Shown here in pieces: positions 63,385-64,000 of a stretch of 64,000 nucleotides of DNA. Origin of the DNA: Sphyrna mokarran. Lineage: Eukaryota. Each line of letters opens with the position of its first letter. The first letter of the stretch is position 1. The DNA is taken from positions 58,466,001 through 58,530,000 of the forward strand of contig JAGIQG010000009.1 of assembly GCA_024679065.1 (NCBI GenBank). The letters run 5' to 3'. Below the pieces are notes generated by a model. The model worked only from the letters and a program-made list of their open reading frames with translations, did no database searches and had not been told where the DNA came from. Position numbers and translations under genes: made by a program.

Positions 63385-63960
63385 ACTTGCTGCTAAAACA
63401 CTCATCCATACCTTCATTACTTTTAGATTTGACTAGTCCAAAACACTCCTGGCTGGTCTCCCACATTCTATGCTCTGTGAACCTGAGGTCCAAAATTCTG
63501 CTGTCCATGTTGTGAATCCCATTCATCTGAGACCTTGTGCACATTGATCTAGATTGACTCCAGTTCAAGCAAAGTCTTGATTTTAAGATTTTCATCCTTG
63601 TTTTCGAACCCCTCCATGGCCTTGTCCTTCCCTAACTCTTTATTTTCTTTCAGCTCCACACATCTTAGCTATTTGCACTCCTCTAATTCTGGCTGCTTGT
63701 GAATCTTTGATTATAATTGCTCCATCATCAGTTACATTTTCAGCAGTGTAGACCCCAGGCCCTAGAATTCCCTCTTTATACCTCTTCACTTCTCTACCCT
63801 GCTTTTCTCCTTTATGACACTCCTTAAAATCTAACTGTTTGATCAAACTTTTGGTCATCTTACCTAATTATGTGGCTCAGTGTCATACTTTGTTTCATAA
63901 TGCTCCTGTGACGTACATTGGGATGTTTTATTGCATTCAAGGCGCTATATTAATATAAGT
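63385..63960 (+). mobile_element. L2 LINE 3' end
   Basis: KTLIHTFITFRFD*SKTLLAGLP ... LDFKIFILVFEPLHGL, with tail aaggcgctatattaatataagtt. Confidence 0.85.
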
Positions 63961-64000
63961 TATCAGACTGTTGGTCACAGATGAAGAGATGTCCTCTTCA

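Overview
Eukaryotic, AT-rich, repeat-dense vertebrate DNA. It is most likely from a shark or other elasmobranch, judged from an HE1-type V-SINE, a SacSINE1-like Deu-domain SINE and HER1/CR1 tails. The window looks like a large intron or gene desert and I could not name any intact protein-coding gene. It contains decayed CR1, L2, Rex1/Babar and Penelope retroelements, solo LTRs, a decayed hAT (Charlie/Buster-type) transposase, a PIF/Harbinger Myb/SANT relic and several Harbinger-type MITE families, often nested. The most notable items are: a ~1.9-kb array of 24-bp repeats with higher-order structure that carries a 655-codon ATG-initiated open frame; short Penelope pLTR insertions with hammerhead-ribozyme cores, long TSDs and fold-back palindromes; and a few strong minus-strand splice acceptors in TE-free islands that may be exons of an unidentified host gene. 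TE family names come from my recall of consensus motifs, not database searches, and most TE boundaries are approximate. Almost all ORFs in the supplied track appear to be chance ORFs.
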